Source of the DNA: Vicinamibacteria bacterium
GTDB lineage: Bacteria; Acidobacteriota; Vicinamibacteria; Marinacidobacterales; Marinacidobacteraceae
Direction: 5' to 3'
DNA length: 64,000 bases
Assembly: GCA_963422395.1 (NCBI GenBank)
Contig: OY729431.1
Location: 832,001-896,000 of the forward strand
A program made the position numbers and the translations under genes. Below, piece after piece: positions 59,854 to 64,000 of this stretch. The notes below the pieces were generated by a model. The model made no database searches and was not told the DNA's origin. It worked only from the letters and a program-made list of their open reading frames with translations. The first letter of the stretch is position 1; each line of letters begins with the position of its first letter.

Positions 59854-60735
59854 GTGACCTCTGACGAGACCGGAGAGCCTCCCGCAGTAACGACCGGCGG
59901 CCAGGCTGGGCAGGCCCCTCGGGAGCATTGGAGCGAGACGGTTCGCCGCAGGGTCGAAGATAGCGCTGCCGGGGCGCCGAAATCGGAGGCGCCGAGAGCG
60001 GAGGTGCCGGAATCCGAAGTGCCGGAGGCGGAGGCCGATTCCTCGCTGGATTCCAGAGCGGTTCGGGAACGGGTCGAACGGCGTCTCCGGGAAGCCGCGG
60101 AGCGCCGCGAAGTGCCGGTTGCGGCAAGGGATGCCGGCTCCGGCGAAGCCCGTCCCTACCCGGCGGCCCCCGCTGCCCCGGGGCGAATTCCCGAGGACGA
60201 CCTGCCCGCGCCGGCGGGTAGCGACGGGGAGGCCGCCGAGGAAGTGCCCGGGGAGGAGGGTCTTTTTCCCGGGGAGTCTTCTTCCACTGCCCGATCCCGC
60301 CTCGCCGAGACGATCGCCACCTGTGCTTTCCTCGGCCGCATCCCGTGGGCGCCGGGGACTTTCGGCTCGGCGGCGGGGCTCGGCGCTTTCTTCCTCACCT
60401 GGAGCCTGTCTCCTTGGATCCAGGGGCTCCTCCTCCTCGCGGTGACCCTGGTGGGAACCTGGGCGGCGCATCGCCACGCGAAGGATCTGGGCTGCGGCGA
60501 CCCGCAGTCGGTGGTCGTGGACGAGTTCTGCGGGATGTGGCTGGCGCTGGTCGCTGCCGCTCCCTCGCTCGGGGTAGCGCTGGCCGCGTTCCTCGGTTTC
60601 CGCGCTCTCGACATCTTCAAACCCCCGCCGGTGCGCCAGGCAGAACGCCTTCCCGGCGGCATCGGAATCATGGCGGACGACCTGCTGGCCGGCGGCATCG
60701 TCCGGGCGCTGGTTTTCCTCTTCGCTGTTTTTTAG
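59854..60735 (+). CDS. pgpA: Phosphatidylglycerophosphatase A with long acidic N-terminal extension
   Basis: APGTFGS, DPQSVVVDEFCG, FRALDIFKP, GIMADDLLAG; start uncertain. Confidence 0.85.
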   Translation: MTSDETGEPPAVTTGGQAGQAPREHWSETVRRRVEDSAAGAPKSEAPRAEVPESEVPEAEADSSLDSRAVRERVERRLREAAERREVPVAARDAGSGEARPYPAAPAAPGRIPEDDLPAPAGSDGEAAEEVPGEEGLFPGESSSTARSRLAETIATCAFLGRIPWAPGTFGSAAGLGAFFLTWSLSPWIQGLLLLAVTLVGTWAAHRHAKDLGCGDPQSVVVDEFCGMWLALVAAAPSLGVALAAFLGFRALDIFKPPPVRQAERLPGGIGIMADDLLAGGIVRALVFLFAVF

Positions 60736-60806
60736 CAGCGGTTCGAGTTACCTCATCCGCGGACTGCCAGCCAGGAATCCCGGCGGAAAGCCAGGCGGAA
60801 AGAAAG

Positions 60807-62090
60807 TTGGTTGGAAATTCCGGCAGGCGGGGCTTCGGGGGCGCGGCGGTGGTCGCGGTCGGGACCGAGCTCCTCGCCCCCGGCCGGGTGGACACGAACA
60901 CCCCGACGCTCAAGGCCCGGCTTGCCGAGCTGGGCATCCCGGTGGCCTTTACCGCCGTCGTACCCGACGAAGAGGCGGCCATCGCGGAAACTCTGGGTGC
61001 GGCGCTCCGCCGTTGCCGCTTCGTGTTCGTCTCGGGCGGCCTGGGGCCGACGACCGATGATCGGACCCGCTCCGCTGCCGCCCGCACCCTCAGGGTGCCG
61101 CTGGTCGAGCACGCACCTTCCCTCTCGGCGATCCGGGCCCGCTTCCGTCGCCGCCAGATGCGGATGCCGGAGGGGAACCGCAGCCAGGCGCTTCTCCCCG
61201 AAGGGGCCGAGGCGTTGCCGAATGCTGCCGGAACCGCTCCCGGAGTGTTCGCCCACTCGTCGGAGGGTGCGCGCCTCGTCCTGCTGCCGGGCCCGCCGCG
61301 CGAGCTCACCCGGATGTTCGATGCGGAGGTCGGGCCCCGGATCGAGGCGTATCTCAGGGCGGAACCGAGAGCGGCCACCCTGCCCGTCACGACAGCTCTC
61401 CGGGTCGCCGGCCTTCCCGAATCGGTGCTCCAGGAGCGCATCCTCGATCTCACTCCGCCGCCTGAAGCGCCGGAAGAGATCGCCATCCTGGCGTCGGACG
61501 GCGAAATCGAGGTCCGGGTCTCGGCGCCGGCGGAGCGAGCCGGCGCAGGCTCGGAGCTCTCGGACCGGATCGCGGAGCGGCTCGGCGAGGCGGTCTTCAC
61601 CCGCTCGGCGGGAGAACGGCTCGAACATGTCGTCGGCCGCTTGCTCGCGGCGCGCCGGGAACGGGCCGCGCTCGCCGAATCGCTGACCGGGGGTCTGATC
61701 GCCGAGCGCATCACCCGGGTGCCAGGAGCTTCGGGCTGGTTCGACCTCGCACTCGTGACGTATGCGAACGAGGCGAAACGCACCCTCATCGGCGTCTCGG
61801 AGGAGACCCTCAGAACGCGCGGCGCGGTGAGCGGAGAAGTCGCGGTGGAGATGGCGGACGGCGTCCGTGTCCGATCGGGGAACGCCTGGGGTCTCTCGGC
61901 TACCGGGATCGCCGGACCCGGAGGAGCCGTTGCGGGAAAGCCGGTGGGCCTCGTCTGGGTCGCGGTCAGCGGACCGGAGGCGCGGGTCCGCCGGTACCGC
62001 TTTCCGGGTGACCGGGTGTTGGTGCGGCGGTTGGCCGCGACGGCTGCCCTCGATCTGTTGCGGCGGTCGCTCGAATCGGCGTCCCGGTAA
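60807..62090 (+). CDS. cinA: CinA (competence/damage-inducible; NMN deamidase fusion)
   Basis: VGTELL, DTN, GGLGPTTDD, LPGPPRE, AESLTGG, TGIAGP. Confidence 0.92.
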   Translation: MVGNSGRRGFGGAAVVAVGTELLAPGRVDTNTPTLKARLAELGIPVAFTAVVPDEEAAIAETLGAALRRCRFVFVSGGLGPTTDDRTRSAAARTLRVPLVEHAPSLSAIRARFRRRQMRMPEGNRSQALLPEGAEALPNAAGTAPGVFAHSSEGARLVLLPGPPRELTRMFDAEVGPRIEAYLRAEPRAATLPVTTALRVAGLPESVLQERILDLTPPPEAPEEIAILASDGEIEVRVSAPAERAGAGSELSDRIAERLGEAVFTRSAGERLEHVVGRLLAARRERAALAESLTGGLIAERITRVPGASGWFDLALVTYANEAKRTLIGVSEETLRTRGAVSGEVAVEMADGVRVRSGNAWGLSATGIAGPGGAVAGKPVGLVWVAVSGPEARVRRYRFPGDRVLVRRLAATAALDLLRRSLESASR

Positions 62091-62160
62091 AGGGACTTCC
62101 TCGCTCTTCCCACGGGGGTGCGAGACGCAACTTTCCGCCCCGCTCCCGGAGCGCGCAGCC
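62091..62160 (-). repeat. Partial family A hairpin, reverse orientation
   Basis: Reverse complement reads gcgctccgggagcggggcg...gtctcgcacccccgtgggaagagcg. Confidence 0.65.
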
Positions 62161-62795
62161 CGAGGCTGTTCGCTGCGATTCCTCTCCCCGAGGCGGTCCG
62201 GTGCCGGCTCGACGAAGCCGCCGCGGAATTCTGTCGGGCGCTGCCCCAGGGTATGGCGCGCTCCGTCCCGCCCGAGAATCTGCATCTGACCCTGCGCTTT
62301 TTCGGTCCGGAGAATGCGTCGGGAGGTCAGGGGCCGACCGCGGCTTCGCTCCGGGAGCGACTCGCCAGCAGGACCGCCGGCTTGCCTGCCCCGGTCCTCA
62401 CGCACACGGGCTTTTCCGCCTTTCCCGGAAAGGGGAAGGTGCGGATCGTCTGGGCCGGGTTTTCCGAGGAAGGAGGCCGGCTCACTGCCGTTCAGCAGGC
62501 TACCGAGATGGCTGCGCGGGACGCCGGTCTCGCTCCGGAGGCACGCCGATTCGTCCCGCACGCGACGATCGCCCGACTCCGGGTCCCGTCGCCGATCAGC
62601 AGGGAAGTGCTGGCGTTGCTCGGAACCGGGGGCGCGGCGGAAGCCGCCGCCGGGGGTCCCTTTCCCGCCGCCTTCGTGGACCTCATGGCCAGTATTCTCA
62701 CCCCGGGCGGCGCGGTGTACCGCCGGTTAGCCCGTTTCCCCCTCGCTTACTCCCGGTCGTCCGTCAACGCCGCGGATTCCTGGGGTGAGGGGTGA
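62118..62795 (+). CDS. thpR: RNA 2',3'-cyclic phosphodiesterase (2H family)
   Basis: RLFAAI, two HxT motifs (HLTL, HATI); follows cinA. Confidence 0.9.
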   Translation: MRDATFRPAPGARSPRLFAAIPLPEAVRCRLDEAAAEFCRALPQGMARSVPPENLHLTLRFFGPENASGGQGPTAASLRERLASRTAGLPAPVLTHTGFSAFPGKGKVRIVWAGFSEEGGRLTAVQQATEMAARDAGLAPEARRFVPHATIARLRVPSPISREVLALLGTGGAAEAAAGGPFPAAFVDLMASILTPGGAVYRRLARFPLAYSRSSVNAADSWGEG

Positions 62796-62810
62796 AGAGG
62801 AGGAGATCAG

Positions 62811-63133
62811 GCGTTTCGCTCTTCCCAGGGGGGAGCGAGACGCGGCACCACCCCACGCCCCGATCCGAGAGCTGCGAGTTTCGTCCGTGGCCTGAAAACA
62901 ACATGTTGCGCCCGAAGCGGAGCTTCGGGAGCGTCGCAGCGGGGGAAAGATGTGAAAGGGGGTTTACCCCCGTTCACGAATTGGTGACACCGAATCCGAA
63001 ATCGCTTCTATGGCAGGAGTTCGGATTCGCGGCGCGGAGCGCCGGGCGATTCGGGAACGGGGCGTTTTCTCTCTTTCCGCAAGGGAGCGAGACGCGGCAC
63101 CACCCCACGCCCCGTTCCCGAATCGCTCAGCTC
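62811..63133 (-). repeat. Diverged full-length family A unit plus second hairpin, reverse orientation
   Basis: All hairpins recognisable, with many compensatory changes. Confidence 0.85.
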
Positions 63134-64000
63134 GACGATCCGGAATTCCGCGAGCAGGTCGGGTCCGAGGCATGCATACCGCGCCGTCGCCGGGAGCGGC
63201 TGGGAAAGCGGCGGCCGCCGGCGGCCGCCGGCCTGGGATCTCGCGGCGTCGAACAGCCCGGTCCCTTCGCCCCGGCCCAGAAACCGCGGCGCCAGGTAGA
63301 GGACGAGACGATCGGCCAGCCCGTCTTGTAAAAATGCCGAAGTCAGCCGGGGTCCTGCTTCCACGAGGAGCGTCCGCGCGCCGCGCCGCCCGATCTCGGT
63401 CAGCACCGCTTCGAGCGAGAGCGCGACCGCGGTGTTCTCCGGGGTGGGCCCAGGGGAGGCCAGCGGGGCTTCGACGACCTCGACGCCGAGAGTGCCGAGC
63501 GCCCGCCGCGCCGCCGCCGGAGCTTCGGGACCAACCACCACCAGCACCGGATCGCGGTCGCGTCCGTTCAGGATCCTCGCTTCCGGGGCGATCCGCAGGG
63601 TCGGATCCAGCACCACCCGGAGCAGCGCCCGAGCGCCGCGGCGAGGCCGCGCCGTCAGCCGGGGATCGTCCGCAGCCACCGTGGCGATCCCGGTGAGGAC
63701 TGCGTCGTTCTCGCGCCGCAGCACCCGCCCGTGCCCCCGGGTGCGGGGCCTCGTGATCCAGCGGGTCCCGGGCGGAGCCATCACTCCGTCCACCGAGATC
63801 GCCGCCTTCACCGTGACCCAGGGCCTTCCGGTGCGCAGGTATTTGAAAAAGGCCGAGTTGAGATCGCGAGCCTCGGAGTCGAGCACGCCGGTGCTCACTT
63901 CGACACCGGCGGCGCGCAGCCGGCGGAAGCCTCCTCCGGAAACCCGCGGGTCGGGGTCGGGATGTGCCGTGACCACCCGGCGGATCCCCGAGGCGATGAT
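63008..64000 (-). CDS. ribD: Riboflavin biosynthesis protein RibD (5' truncated by window)
   Basis: DPDPRVSGGG, KAAISVDG, WIT, DDPRLTAR, LLVEAG, LYLAP. Confidence 0.92.
   Translation of the reverse strand: MIASGIRRVVTAHPDPDPRVSGGGFRRLRAAGVEVSTGVLDSEARDLNSAFFKYLRTGRPWVTVKAAISVDGVMAPPGTRWITRPRTRGHGRVLRRENDAVLTGIATVAADDPRLTARPRRGARALLRVVLDPTLRIAPEARILNGRDRDPVLVVVGPEAPAAARRALGTLGVEVVEAPLASPGPTPENTAVALSLEAVLTEIGRRGARTLLVEAGPRLTSAFLQDGLADRLVLYLAPRFLGRGEGTGLFDAARSQAGGRRRPPLSQPLPATARYACLGPDLLAEFRIVELSDSGTGRGVVPRLAPLRKERKRPVPESPGAPRRESELLP

Overview
A high-GC (~70%) chromosomal segment from a diderm bacterium, probably Acidobacteriota (inferred from the fused LptF/G, AmpG, TonB receptor and gene content). 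Most of it is housekeeping: leuB, valS, metK, smc, murU/amgK-like genes, asnS, rimP-nusA-infB-DUF503-rbfA-truB-rpsO-pnp, purC, nrdR, pgpA-cinA-thpR and ribD. It also holds two ECF sigma/anti-sigma operons and several transport or peptidase genes. There are three small accessory inserts: a decayed restriction-modification pair, a FitA/VapC toxin-antitoxin pair and a DprA+PRTase defence-like pair. The most unusual signals lie outside the gene list. (1) The tetramer ACGT is almost absent across the window, and synonymous ATGT is used where ACGT would arise. (2) A ~252-bp multi-hairpin repeat with compensatory base changes occurs as a 3x head-to-tail array and as five dispersed copies, several of which supply gene ends. 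(3) A second repeat family is a terminal-inverted-repeat MITE. (4) nusA ends in a frameshifted 18-bp VNTR encoding an R/D/G-rich tail. No tRNA, rRNA, CRISPR array or transposase was recognised. All calls are by eye, without database searches.
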